Part shown: positions 1 through 8,976 of the stretch, piece by piece
How positions within the stretch are numbered: the stretch's first letter is position 1
Layout of the letters: the number at the start of each line of letters is the position of its first letter
DNA from: Candidatus Omnitrophota bacterium
Lineage (GTDB): Bacteria > Omnitrophota > Gorgyraeia > Aquiviventales > Aquiviventaceae
NCBI GenBank assembly: GCA_016180575.1
Contig: JACPAY010000005.1
Coordinates: 3,234 to 67,233 of the forward strand
Length of the DNA: 64,000 bases
Direction of reading: 5' to 3'
The notes under the pieces: model-generated
The model's input: the letters and a program-made list of their open reading frames with translations, nothing else
The model's database searches: none
Told to the model about the DNA's origin: nothing
Position numbers and translations under genes: made by a program

Positions 1-553
1 GGCGATGGTCCACCCGCACTTCACCTTCAAGAAGAAGCTCTCGCACACCGCGGACTCGCAGGACCAGCGCCACCGGATGGTGCCGGCCTCGCGGCCGATC
101 CTGGCGTGCCACTTCGTCAGCGGGAAGCCCGACTACATCCTCCCGCCGCTCATCGCCGCACGAGCAGAGGCGGAGGCGGCCTATCGGGAGGCGATGGCGC
201 GCACCTGGACGGCGATCGACCGGCTCCTGAACCTCGGCGTGCCGCAGGAGCACGCCCTGTATCTTTTGCCCAACGCGTTCCCCATCCGGTTCGAGGAGTC
301 CGGCGACCTGCTGCACTTCCACCACAAGTGGGTCCAGCGGCTCTGCTACACCGCGCAGGAGGAGATCTGGAACGCCTGCCGCGACGAGGTGCTGCAGGTG
401 ACGGCGCGCTTCCCGCTCATCGGCCGCTACCTGCAGGCGCCCTGCTGGCCGAGGGCGCAGGCGCGCGTGCGCCCGGTCTGCCCGGAGGGCGACCGATTCT
501 GCGGGGTGGCGGTGTGGAAGCAACCTGTCGAAAACTATCGACGACTGATTTAA
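1..553 (+). CDS. ThyX-like (FAD-dependent thymidylate synthase family) protein, 5' end outside window
   Basis: ORF is open to the window start. QRHR and LLPNA..HFHHKWVQRLCYTAQEEI resemble the ThyX core, but the serines of RHRxxSxxxxSxRY are not conserved. C-terminus is Cys-rich. Confidence 0.5.
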   Translation, partial: AMVHPHFTFKKKLSHTADSQDQRHRMVPASRPILACHFVSGKPDYILPPLIAARAEAEAAYREAMARTWTAIDRLLNLGVPQEHALYLLPNAFPIRFEESGDLLHFHHKWVQRLCYTAQEEIWNACRDEVLQVTARFPLIGRYLQAPCWPRAQARVRPVCPEGDRFCGVAVWKQPVENYRRLI

Positions 554-578
554 AAAAAATGGGAGCCGGTCCCTTTTT
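552..578. repeat. Family A palindrome copy A1 (consensus AAAAATGGGACCGGTCCCATTTTT)
   Basis: aaaaaaaatgggagccggtccctttttg. Contains part of the upstream TAA stop and the hemQ ATG. Confidence 0.85.
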
Positions 579-1302
579 GCGAACGGAAACACAGCGGCAG
601 GGAACCGCACCGACGGCGGAGGCGAGGCAGGTGGTGAGCTTCTGCTTCTACCGCGTGGATCCGGCGTGGCGGCGGCTTTCCGCCGCGGAGAAGCGCAAGC
701 AGGGCGGGGAGCTGCTCGGCGCCGTCAACGCGTTCAGCAAGAAGCTGATGGTGCTGACCTACTCGCTCGTCGGGCTCAAGGCCGACGTGGACTTCCTCAT
801 CTGGCGCGTGGGCACGCGCCTGGAGGAGCTGCAGGAAATGTCCGGGGCGGTGCGGCAGACGACGATGGCCGGCTACCTCACGATGCCGTATTCGTACCTC
901 TCCATGACGAAGCGCTCGATGTACGTGGACAAGCTGGACCCGGACCATCCGGACAAGCGCAGGTGTATCACGCCCTTCCACAGCCGCTACCTCTTCGTCT
1001 ACCCCTTCGTCAAGACGACGGAGTGGTACCAGCTCCCCTTCGACCAGCGCCAGGCGATGATGGACGAGCACATCGTGCTCGGCAACAAGTACAAGTCGGT
1101 GCGCATCCACACGACGTACTCCTTCGGCCTCGACGACCAGGAGTTCGTCCTCGCCTTCGAGACGGACGAGCCGCGGGACTTCCTCGACCTCGTGCAGGAG
1201 ATGCGCGAGAGCAAGGCCAGGCCCTACACGCTGCGCGACACGCCCATCTTCACCTGCGTCGCCAAGCCGATGACCGAGATCCTCAAGGAGATCGGCGGCT
1301 GA
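559..1302 (+). CDS. hemQ: Chlorite dismutase family protein, coproheme decarboxylase (HemQ/ChdC)-like
   Basis: YLFVYPFVKTTEWYQL, MMDEHIVLG and TYSFGLDDQEFVLAFETD motifs. ATG lies inside palindromic element A1; an in-frame GTG at 631 is an alternative start. Confidence 0.75.
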   Translation: MGAGPFLRTETQRQGTAPTAEARQVVSFCFYRVDPAWRRLSAAEKRKQGGELLGAVNAFSKKLMVLTYSLVGLKADVDFLIWRVGTRLEELQEMSGAVRQTTMAGYLTMPYSYLSMTKRSMYVDKLDPDHPDKRRCITPFHSRYLFVYPFVKTTEWYQLPFDQRQAMMDEHIVLGNKYKSVRIHTTYSFGLDDQEFVLAFETDEPRDFLDLVQEMRESKARPYTLRDTPIFTCVAKPMTEILKEIGG

Positions 1303-2021
1303 TGGCGGCGCTCGCCTCGGCCGCCGGCGGCATCGCGAGTGAGACGGCCCAGTTCGCAAGCGACGGCTTTGCCATCCCCGCGTTCCTCGCCCGTCCGACC
1401 GACGCTGCGCGTCCGGCACCCGCCATCCTGCTCCTGCACGAGTGGTGGGGGCTCACCGACCACACCAAGGGGATCGCCAGGTGGCTGGCCGAGGCAGGCT
1501 ACGCGGCGCTTGCGCCGGACCTCTACGCCCGCCAGGGCTCCAAGGTGGCGGCCACACCCCAGGAGGCCGCCGCGCTCATGAACGCGGTTTCCTCCCAGGC
1601 GGTCCTCCGCGACCTCAACGCGGCGACGAAGCACCTGAAGGCGCAGCCCTTCGTCGATGCGCTGCGCGTGGGCGTCATCGGCTTCAGCATGGGCGGCACC
1701 TTCGCGCTGACCCAGGCCGCGCACAACTCGGACCTGAAGGCCGCGGTGGTGTTCTACGGCAAGGTCCCGCCCATCGAGACGTTTCGCTATCTGCTCTGCC
1801 CGGTGCTGTTCCACCACGCGGGCAAGGACGGCTGGGTGACGCGGCAGGAGGCGGAGCGGTTCCAGCAGGGGCTGGAGCGCTATGGGAAGCCCGGGACGCT
1901 GCACATCTATCCGGACGCGGACCACGCCTTCTTCAACGACACGCGGCCGGAGGCCTACCGCGCCCAGGACGCCCGGCTTGCCTGGGACCGCACCCTGGCG
2001 TTTCTGCGGCAGCATCTGTGA
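1302..2021 (+). CDS. Dienelactone hydrolase family protein
   Basis: LLLHEWWGL, GVIGFSMGG nucleophile elbow and C-terminal DHAF. TGATG overlap with hemQ. Confidence 0.8.
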   Translation: MAALASAAGGIASETAQFASDGFAIPAFLARPTDAARPAPAILLLHEWWGLTDHTKGIARWLAEAGYAALAPDLYARQGSKVAATPQEAAALMNAVSSQAVLRDLNAATKHLKAQPFVDALRVGVIGFSMGGTFALTQAAHNSDLKAAVVFYGKVPPIETFRYLLCPVLFHHAGKDGWVTRQEAERFQQGLERYGKPGTLHIYPDADHAFFNDTRPEAYRAQDARLAWDRTLAFLRQHL

Positions 2022-2028
2022 GGTGACC

Positions 2029-2508
2029 ATGGACCTGCAGGCGAAGAAGACCGCGCTGAGGAAGATCCCGCATGGCGTCTACGTCGTCGGGGTGAAGCAG
2101 GGAACGCAGCTCAACGCGTTCACCGCGACGTGGCTCACCCAGGTCTCGTTCACCCCGCCGCTCGTCGCCCTGGGCATCAAGAAGGACTCGCACTCGCTCG
2201 AGATGATCCGCAGCGACCGGGTCTTCTCCGTGAATCTGCTCGGCAAAAGCCAGAAGCCGCTCGCGGAGCACTTCGTCAAGCCCGCCAGCGTCGTCGGCGA
2301 GAAGCTCAAGGACGTTCCTCATCGGCCGGGCAAGACCGGCGCGCCGGTGCTGGAGGAGGCCATCGCCTACTTCGAGTGCGAGGTGCGCGAGATCGCCAAC
2401 GAGCACGGCGACCATGCGGTGGTGATCGGCGAGGTGGTCGAAGCCGGCGCACCGAAGGATGAGCCGGCACTGACGCTGATGGATACCGGCTGGCATTATG
2501 GCGGGTGA
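2029..2508 (+). CDS. Flavin reductase-like FMN-binding domain protein
   Basis: GVYVVGV...NAFTATWLTQVSFTPPLVALGI pattern of the Flavin_Reduct family. GAGG sits upstream of the ATG. Confidence 0.75.
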   Translation: MDLQAKKTALRKIPHGVYVVGVKQGTQLNAFTATWLTQVSFTPPLVALGIKKDSHSLEMIRSDRVFSVNLLGKSQKPLAEHFVKPASVVGEKLKDVPHRPGKTGAPVLEEAIAYFECEVREIANEHGDHAVVIGEVVEAGAPKDEPALTLMDTGWHYGG

Positions 2509-2517
2509 GCCGCGGGA

Positions 2518-2838
2518 ATGATCGCACCGCGTCCCGGCTGGTCCGCCCGGTGCCTGGCGGGAGCCGCGTTCCTCGCCCTGACGCTGGGCCTGGCATCCCC
2601 GGCTGAGGCGGGGCTCATCAGCGGCATCCAGAAAATCGTCGGCGGGATCTTTCAGCTGCCGCTCTCGACGCTCGTGGGGACCTTCACCGGACCGCCCCTG
2701 CTTGGCACCGCCATGGGCGCCGTCAACGGCCTAGTCAGCGGGACAGGGATGGTGCTCGGCGGGGCGCTCGAGGTGACCGGGGCGGGCGTGTCGCTCGCGA
2801 AGATGGTGGCGCCGTACGTCCTGCCATTTGTCTTCTGA
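2518..2838 (+). CDS. Small secreted glycine-rich hypothetical protein
   Basis: Signal peptide ending ASPAEA, Gly-rich hydrophobic body, high GC3. Confidence 0.45.
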   Translation: MIAPRPGWSARCLAGAAFLALTLGLASPAEAGLISGIQKIVGGIFQLPLSTLVGTFTGPPLLGTAMGAVNGLVSGTGMVLGGALEVTGAGVSLAKMVAPYVLPFVF

Positions 2839-2841
2839 GGA

Positions 2842-2895
2842 CCGGTATCAGATACCTAATTTGACGATGCGAGGCAACATGGTATCTGATACCGG
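2842..2895. repeat. Family B inverted repeat copy B1 (arms CCGGTATCAGATACC / GGTATCTGATACCGG)
   Basis: Arms at 2842-2856 and 2881-2895. Each arm is itself a GGTATC-n-GATACC palindrome. Confidence 0.85.
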
Positions 2896-3730
2896 AAGGC
2901 GGTTAAAAACCTACGCCAGCTTCGTCAAGCTGGAGCATACGCTCTTTTCGCTCCCGCTCATCTACGCGGGCGCGCTGTTGCACCACGAGGGGCTCAGCGC
3001 GCGCCTGGCGGCCCTCATCCTGCTGGCGGCGGCCGGCGGCCGCGTGGTGGCGATGGGGCTCAACCGGCTCATCGACGCCGAGATCGACGCGCGCAACCCC
3101 CGCACGCAGCAGCGGGAGCTGGCCCGCGGCGCCATGCGGCGGGGCGAGGCGTGGGTCATCGTGGGACTGGCCGGCCTGCTCTACGCGGCGAGCGCCGCCG
3201 CCATCGCGCCCATCTGCCTGCGGCTTGCGCCGATCCCGGTCGCGCTGTTCGTCATCTACCCCTACCTGAAGCGCTTCACCGCGCTCTCGCACCTGGGCCT
3301 GGGTCTGGCCTGGTCGGTGGCGCCGGCGGCCGGCTGGCTGGCGGCCTCAGGATCGCTTGAGTGGATCAGCGAGGTGGGCTGGCTGTGGCTGTTCGCCTGG
3401 CTCTGGGTGACCGGGTTCGACGTCATCTACGCGACGATGGACGAACCGTTCGACCGCCAGGCGGGGCTCCACTCGCTGCCGGTCGAGCTGGGCAGCCGGA
3501 AGGCGCTCCAGGTCGCCGCCAACCTGCACGCGATGGCGTTCCTGTCGCTCTATATGCTCTGGCTGACGGAGTTCTACTCCCGCGCGTCGCTCGTGTGGCT
3601 GCTCGCGATCGGCGCCCTGTTCATCTGGCAGCACGCCGTCGCCGCGCGCAAGCCTGCGTTCGCGTTCTTTCAACTGAACGGGGTCATCGGCTTCCTCGTC
3701 TTCGGGTTCGTCCTCTTCGGTCTTCGCTAA
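2879..3730 (+). CDS. mqnP: UbiA-family polyprenyltransferase, probable menaquinone MqnP
   Basis: LEHTLFSLP, NRLIDAEIDARNPRT and DVIYATMD Asp-rich motifs, multi-TM. Context with ubiX/ubiD-like/mqn genes. Start codon lies inside the right arm of element B1. Confidence 0.75.
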   Translation: MVSDTGRRLKTYASFVKLEHTLFSLPLIYAGALLHHEGLSARLAALILLAAAGGRVVAMGLNRLIDAEIDARNPRTQQRELARGAMRRGEAWVIVGLAGLLYAASAAAIAPICLRLAPIPVALFVIYPYLKRFTALSHLGLGLAWSVAPAAGWLAASGSLEWISEVGWLWLFAWLWVTGFDVIYATMDEPFDRQAGLHSLPVELGSRKALQVAANLHAMAFLSLYMLWLTEFYSRASLVWLLAIGALFIWQHAVAARKPAFAFFQLNGVIGFLVFGFVLFGLR

Positions 3731-3745
3731 TTCCAGGAGGTTCCC

Positions 3746-4300
3746 ATGCGCGTGGTCATCGGGATCACCGGCGCCTCGGGCGCGGTCTTCGGGGTGGACT
3801 TCCTCCGGCGCTGCCCGGCGGAGGAGAAGTACCTCATCCTGACGAAGTGGGGCCGGTACGTCCTCAAGGAGGAAACCGGGCTCACCGAGCACCACCTGGC
3901 CGAGCACGTGAAGAAGAGCTTCTCCGATGAGGACCTCGCCGCACCCTTCTCGTCCGGCTCGACGCCGTTCGATGCGCTGGTCATCCTGCCCTGCTCGGTC
4001 TCGACGATGGCGAAGATCGCCTGCGGCCTGGCCGACACGCTGCTGACGCGCGCCGCGGCGGTCGCGCTCAAGGAGCGGCGCCGGCTCATCATCGGCCTGC
4101 GGGAGACGCCGCTCTCCACGATCCACCTGGAGCAGGCGGCCAAGCTGTCGCAGGCCGGGGCGATCGTGATGCCGATCGCGCCGCCGTTCTACCACCGGCC
4201 GCAGACCATCGATGAGCTGGTGGAGCAGTTCAACGCCAAGGTCCTCAGCCTCCTCGGGTTCGAGACCGCCCTCGCCTGGAAGCCCGAAGCCCTGGAATAA
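3746..4300 (+). CDS. ubiX: UbiX-type flavin prenyltransferase (MqnL-like)
   Basis: MRVVIGITGASGAVFG N-terminus and PCSVSTMAKIA motif. SD GGAGG upstream. Confidence 0.85.
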   Translation: MRVVIGITGASGAVFGVDFLRRCPAEEKYLILTKWGRYVLKEETGLTEHHLAEHVKKSFSDEDLAAPFSSGSTPFDALVILPCSVSTMAKIACGLADTLLTRAAAVALKERRRLIIGLRETPLSTIHLEQAAKLSQAGAIVMPIAPPFYHRPQTIDELVEQFNAKVLSLLGFETALAWKPEALE

Positions 4301-4320
4301 TAGGAACCGGTCCCATTTTT
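4298..4320. repeat. Family A palindrome copy A2
   Basis: taataggaaccggtcccattttt, between ubiX and the ubiD-like gene. Confidence 0.85.
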
Positions 4321-4325
4321 CCTCG

Positions 4326-6083
4326 ATGAGCGATTTGCACAGTTTTCTGGCGCTGCTTGAGCGGGAAGGCCAGCTGGCGCAGGTGCGCATCGAGGTGGAC
4401 CCCGAGCTTGAGATCACCGAGATCGCCACGCGCGTCGTGAAGGAGCAGGGGCCGGCGCTCCTCTTCGAGCGCGTGCGCGGCTCCGATTTCCCTCTGGCCA
4501 TCAACATCCTGGGCAGCGCGAGGCGCATCGAGCTGGCGCTTGGCCGGCACCCGCAGCAGGTCGGCCGGGAGCTTTCGCGCCTGATGGAGGCGGCGATGCC
4601 GCCGCGCCCGAAGCGGCTGCTCGATGAGTGGCGCACCGTCGGCCGCGTCCTCGCATCGCCCCCCAAGCGCGTGCGGCGCGCGGCCTGCCAGGCCATCGAG
4701 GAGCCGCCGGACCTCTCGCGCCTGCCCATCATGAAGTGCTGGCCCAAGGACGCCGGGCGCTTCATCACCTGCGGCATGGTGCTCACCCACGACCCCGAGA
4801 CCGATACGCGCAACCTCGGCATCTACCGGATGCAGGTGGTGGGGCCCGACCAGGTGCTGATGCACTGGCAGATCCAGAAGGGCGGCGGGTTCCACTACTG
4901 GAAGGCCGAGCAGCAGGACAAGGCGCTCGCCGTCGCGGTGGTCATTGGCGGCGGTCCCATCCTGTACCTCGCGTCGGTGGCGCCGCTGCCGGAGGGGATC
5001 GACGAGATGGCCTTCGCCGGGTTCCTCGGCGGCGCGCGCGTCCCGCTGGCACTCGGGCGCACCAAGGTCACCGCGGTCCCGGCGGAGGCCGAGATCGTGC
5101 TGGAGGGGATCGTGCCGCCCGATGAGCGGTTGCCAGAAGGCCCCTTCGGGGACCACTTCGGCCACTACTCGCACCCGAAGCCGTGCCCCGTCCTCTGGGT
5201 GCAGGCGATGACCCGCCGCCCCAACGCCATCTACCTCTCCGCCGTCGTCGGCAAGCCGCCGCAGGAGGACCGGTACATCGGCGAGGCGGTCCAGGAGATG
5301 CTCCTGCCGATGATCCGGCTCATCCATCCGGAGCTGCGGGACCTCTGGGCCTACTACGAGGCGGGCTTCCACAGCCTGGCGGCGGCGTCGGTCTTCGAAC
5401 GGTTCGGCAAGGAGGGGATGAAGACGGCGCTGGGGCTCCTGGGCACCGGGCAGATGGCGCTGACGAAGTGCCTCATCCTGGTCGGCGCGGAGGTCGACGC
5501 GAGGGACGCGGGAGCGGTCCTTGGCGCCATCCGGGACCACTTCGACCCGGCCGAGGACTTCCTCTTGCTTCCCGGCGTGCCTTTTGATACGCTGGATTTC
5601 ACCAGCTTCACCCTGAACCTGGGCAGCAAGATGGTGCTGGATGCCACGCCAAACGGTACCGCGCCAGCGAGCCGCCCGCGACCGCTCGACGAGGCCCAGA
5701 TCAGGGCGCTGCACCCCCGCATCCGGCGCGCGCGGTTCCTCGAGAACGCGCTGCTCGCCGTCCAGGTCGAGGGGACGGGCCGCGAGGTCGTGGAAACACT
5801 CGTCCAGGCAACACCGCTCGCCGCCGTGAAGCTCATTGCCGCCGTCAGCCCCGACGTCGACCTGGCAGACCGCGAGAGCCTCCTGTGGGGGATCTTCAGC
5901 CGGTTCGACCCGGCGCGCGACGTGGTGTTCACGTCCACGGAGCTGCGGGGGGCGTGGCCGGTCTCGCGCGGGCGCCTGGGCATCGACGCGACGTTCAAAT
6001 CAGGATACCCCGAACCTCTCATGATGGACCCGCAGATCGTCAGGCGCGTCAGCGCGCGATGGCAGCGGTACTGGACCGCCTAG
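4326..6083 (+). CDS. UbiD-family decarboxylase (MqnM-like)
   Basis: LHSFLALLEREGQL, NLGIYRMQV and PEGPFGDHFGHY UbiD motifs. The upstream in-frame extension from 4212 overlaps ubiX and was rejected. Confidence 0.8.
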   Translation: MSDLHSFLALLEREGQLAQVRIEVDPELEITEIATRVVKEQGPALLFERVRGSDFPLAINILGSARRIELALGRHPQQVGRELSRLMEAAMPPRPKRLLDEWRTVGRVLASPPKRVRRAACQAIEEPPDLSRLPIMKCWPKDAGRFITCGMVLTHDPETDTRNLGIYRMQVVGPDQVLMHWQIQKGGGFHYWKAEQQDKALAVAVVIGGGPILYLASVAPLPEGIDEMAFAGFLGGARVPLALGRTKVTAVPAEAEIVLEGIVPPDERLPEGPFGDHFGHYSHPKPCPVLWVQAMTRRPNAIYLSAVVGKPPQEDRYIGEAVQEMLLPMIRLIHPELRDLWAYYEAGFHSLAAASVFERFGKEGMKTALGLLGTGQMALTKCLILVGAEVDARDAGAVLGAIRDHFDPAEDFLLLPGVPFDTLDFTSFTLNLGSKMVLDATPNGTAPASRPRPLDEAQIRALHPRIRRARFLENALLAVQVEGTGREVVETLVQATPLAAVKLIAAVSPDVDLADRESLLWGIFSRFDPARDVVFTSTELRGAWPVSRGRLGIDATFKSGYPEPLMMDPQIVRRVSARWQRYWTA

Positions 6084-7159
6084 CGCAGAAGCTCCAGCAG
6101 GGCGAGCGGCTCGCGCGCGAGGAGGCCCTGGCGCTCTTTGGGACGCGCGACGTCGTCGCCCTCGGCCGCCTCGCCGGGGCGGCCAAGCGCGCGCGCTTCG
6201 GCGAGCGCGCCCACTTCGTCATCAACCGGCAGATCAATCCCTCCAACGTGTGCGTCCTCTCCTGCCGGTTCTGCGACTTCGCGACCAAGCGGGGGCGGCC
6301 CAACGCGTACGAGATGACCATCCAGGAGATCCTGGAGCGGTGCAGCCCGGAGCTGCGCGAGGTCCACATCGTCGGCGGCCTGCATCCCGACTGGCCCTGG
6401 GGTTTTTACCTTGAGATGTTCCGCGCCATAAGAACGGCCTTCCCGCAAATCCAGATCAAGGCCTGGACGGCGGTTGAGATTGACTACTTCTCGAAGAAGT
6501 TCCGCCTCAGCGTCGAGGAGGTCCTGCGGCAGCTCAAGGACGCGGGCCTCGCCGCGCTGCCGGGCGGAGGGGCGGAGGTGTTCTCGGAGCGGGTGCGCAG
6601 ATCACTCTTCCCCTTCAAGATCGGGGCGCCCCGGTGGCTTGAGATCCACCGCATCGCGCACCGCCTCGGCATCCCGACCAACGCGACGCTGCTCTACGGC
6701 CACATGGAGACGCACGAGGAGCGCGTGGACCACATGCTCAGGCTGCGCGCCCTGCAGGATGAGACGGGCGGCTTCATGAGCTTCATCCCGCTCGCCTATC
6801 AGCCCGGCAAGACCCGGGTGGTGGCCCGCCAGGCCTCCGCCCTCGAGGACCTCAAGACGGTCGCGATCGCGCGCCTGCTGCTCGACAACGTCCCGCACAT
6901 CAAGGCGTACTGGGTGACGATGGGCGAGGAGAGCGCCTCGGTGGCGCTGCAGTTCGGGGCGGACGACATCGACGGCACGATCGGGGAGGAGCGCATCATG
7001 CACGCGGCCGATGCCGCCTCGCCCGTGAGCCTGACGCGGGGACGCCTGGTGGAGCTGATCCGGGAATCCGGCTGCGTGCCGGTGGAGCGCGATGCCCTCT
7101 ATCGCACCATCCACGTGTATGACGACCACGCGCATTGCGAGAATACCGTATCTCAATAG
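6059..7159 (+). CDS. mqnE: Radical SAM enzyme, probable aminofutalosine synthase MqnE
   Basis: CVLSCRFCDFA radical-SAM cluster and CofH/MqnE-like body (GGLHPD, QDETGGF, FGADDIDGT). Adjacent to mqnA. Confidence 0.65.
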   Translation: MAAVLDRLAQKLQQGERLAREEALALFGTRDVVALGRLAGAAKRARFGERAHFVINRQINPSNVCVLSCRFCDFATKRGRPNAYEMTIQEILERCSPELREVHIVGGLHPDWPWGFYLEMFRAIRTAFPQIQIKAWTAVEIDYFSKKFRLSVEEVLRQLKDAGLAALPGGGAEVFSERVRRSLFPFKIGAPRWLEIHRIAHRLGIPTNATLLYGHMETHEERVDHMLRLRALQDETGGFMSFIPLAYQPGKTRVVARQASALEDLKTVAIARLLLDNVPHIKAYWVTMGEESASVALQFGADDIDGTIGEERIMHAADAASPVSLTRGRLVELIRESGCVPVERDALYRTIHVYDDHAHCENTVSQ

Positions 7160-7883
7160 CGCCCCCTTCTTCCAGGGGCTGGCGCTGGGGGAGCGGTATG
7201 AGCTGACGGACTGCGCCCCGCGGGCGCTCGGGGCGCAGGCGGCGGAAGGCTCGCTGCTGGCCGGCCTGATGCCGCTGGCGGACTACCTCCGCCTGGAAGA
7301 GACCTTTGAGCGGGTGGGGCGCTTCGGCATCGCGGTCCGGGGGCGCGTGCGCAGCGTCCTGCTCTTTTCACGCAAGCCGCTCCGGCAGCTTGACGGCGCC
7401 GTCATCGCCGTGACGGAGGAGACGTCCACGACGGCTGTCCTGCTGCGCCTCTTGCTCGAGCAGCGCTACCACATCAGCCCCGCCGCCTATGAGCGCGGCG
7501 AGCGCCCGGACGCCGAGGCGCTCCTCCTCATCGGGGACGCGGCGCTCAAGTTCCAGCAGCGCAACGACCAGTATCCCTTTGAGACGGACCTGGCGTTTGA
7601 GTGGTGGCTCTGGCAGCACCTGCCCTGCGTCTTCGCGGTCTGGGCCATCCGGAAGGACGCCGGCGCCGAGGAGAAGAAAGAGCTTGAGCTGGCATTGTCC
7701 AAGTCGCTGGGGATCAACCTGCGGCAGCTTGAGCGGCTGGCCCAGGACGCCTCCCCAGGGCTCGGCGTCCCGGCCGAGGCGCTGCACAGCTACCTCTCGC
7801 AGTTCACGTACCGGTTCGGGCAGCCCGAGGAGGACGGGATCGCGCAGTTCAAGAGGCTGGTCCATGAGCATCATCTGCTCTGA
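7119..7883 (+). CDS. mqnA: Chorismate dehydratase MqnA
   Basis: RIARIPYLNSAPFF N-terminus typical of MqnA (VitK2_biosynth fold). Overlaps flanking mqn genes. Confidence 0.7.
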   Translation: MTTTRIARIPYLNSAPFFQGLALGERYELTDCAPRALGAQAAEGSLLAGLMPLADYLRLEETFERVGRFGIAVRGRVRSVLLFSRKPLRQLDGAVIAVTEETSTTAVLLRLLLEQRYHISPAAYERGERPDAEALLLIGDAALKFQQRNDQYPFETDLAFEWWLWQHLPCVFAVWAIRKDAGAEEKKELELALSKSLGINLRQLERLAQDASPGLGVPAEALHSYLSQFTYRFGQPEEDGIAQFKRLVHEHHLL

Positions 7884-8976
7884 GGCGCTCGAGGAAAAGG
7901 TGCTCACCGGGACCCGCCTCTCGCGGGAGGAGGGGCTGTGGCTCTGGCAGCGGGGCGACCTCCTGGAGCTGGGTCACCTCGCCAACCAGGTGCGCCGCCG
8001 GCTGCACCCGGAGCCTGTGGTGACGTTCGTCATCGACTCCAACCCCAACTACACCAACGTCTGCGTCACCGACTGCGTTTTCTGCGCCTTCTACCGCAAG
8101 CCCGGCAGCCGCGACGGCTATACCCTGACGGTGGAGCAGGTGATGGAGAAGGTCCAACGGGCGGCGGACCAGGGCGCGACGACGGTGCTGCTCCAGGGCG
8201 GCCACAACCCCCAGATCCCCCTCGACTACTACCTCGACCTCGTGCGCGAGACCCGCAGGCGGTTCCCCCGCATCACCCCGCACTTCTTCACCGCGTCGGA
8301 GGTCACCACGATGGCGCAGGTGGCGGGCCTCTCGGTCCGCGAGGTGCTCGAGCGCCTGAAGGAGGCGGGGCAGTTCACGCTGCCCGGCGGGGGCGCCGAG
8401 ATCCTCTCGGACCGCATCCGCCGGCGGTTGAGCCCGAAGAAGGGCGGGGCGGAGGCGTGGCTCTCGGTCCATCACGAGGCGCATCGCCTTGGCTTCAAGT
8501 CGACCGCCACGATGATGTTCGGCCACATCGAGGAGGACGAGGACATCCTGGAGCACCTCGAGCACGTCCGAGCGCTGCAGGATGAGACGGGCGGCTTCAC
8601 GGCGTTCGTGCCCTGGACGTTCAAGCCGGGCAACACCCCGCTTGAGCAGCGCATCGCGCAGCACGCGGGCCCCACGCGGTACCTGCGCATGGTCGCCTTC
8701 TCGCGGCTCTACCTCGACAACGTCCCCCACGTCCAGGCCACCTGGTTCTCCGAGGGCAAGAAGACCGGCCAGATCGCCCTCCACTTCGGGGCCGACGACT
8801 TCGGCGGCACGCTGTTCGAGGAGAACGTCCACGCGGCGACCGGCTTCGTCAACAAGACCGCTGTGGAGGAGATCGTGACGCTCATCCGGGAATCCGGCTT
8901 CATCCCGGCCCAGCGCACCACCCTCTACGAGGTCCTCCGCACGTTCGAGCCGGCCGCGGCGCCGGTGAGCGGATGA
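7864..8976 (+). CDS. mqnC: Radical SAM enzyme, cyclic dehypoxanthinyl futalosine synthase MqnC
   Basis: NPNYTNVCVTDCVFCAFYR, QGGHNP, QDETGGFTAF and FGADDFGGT motifs. Confidence 0.7.
   Translation: MSIICSEALEEKVLTGTRLSREEGLWLWQRGDLLELGHLANQVRRRLHPEPVVTFVIDSNPNYTNVCVTDCVFCAFYRKPGSRDGYTLTVEQVMEKVQRAADQGATTVLLQGGHNPQIPLDYYLDLVRETRRRFPRITPHFFTASEVTTMAQVAGLSVREVLERLKEAGQFTLPGGGAEILSDRIRRRLSPKKGGAEAWLSVHHEAHRLGFKSTATMMFGHIEEDEDILEHLEHVRALQDETGGFTAFVPWTFKPGNTPLEQRIAQHAGPTRYLRMVAFSRLYLDNVPHVQATWFSEGKKTGQIALHFGADDFGGTLFEENVHAATGFVNKTAVEEIVTLIRESGFIPAQRTTLYEVLRTFEPAAAPVSG

Noticed and set aside
106-558. N-terminal 151 codons of ORF 106-1302, and similar 5' extensions of ORFs 666-2021, 1882-2508, 4212-6083, 5885-7159, 7489-8976, 9413-10516 and 53751-54656.
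   Set aside because: These extensions overlap the preceding gene in another frame, are Arg/Pro/Gly-rich, and precede internal starts that match family N-termini.
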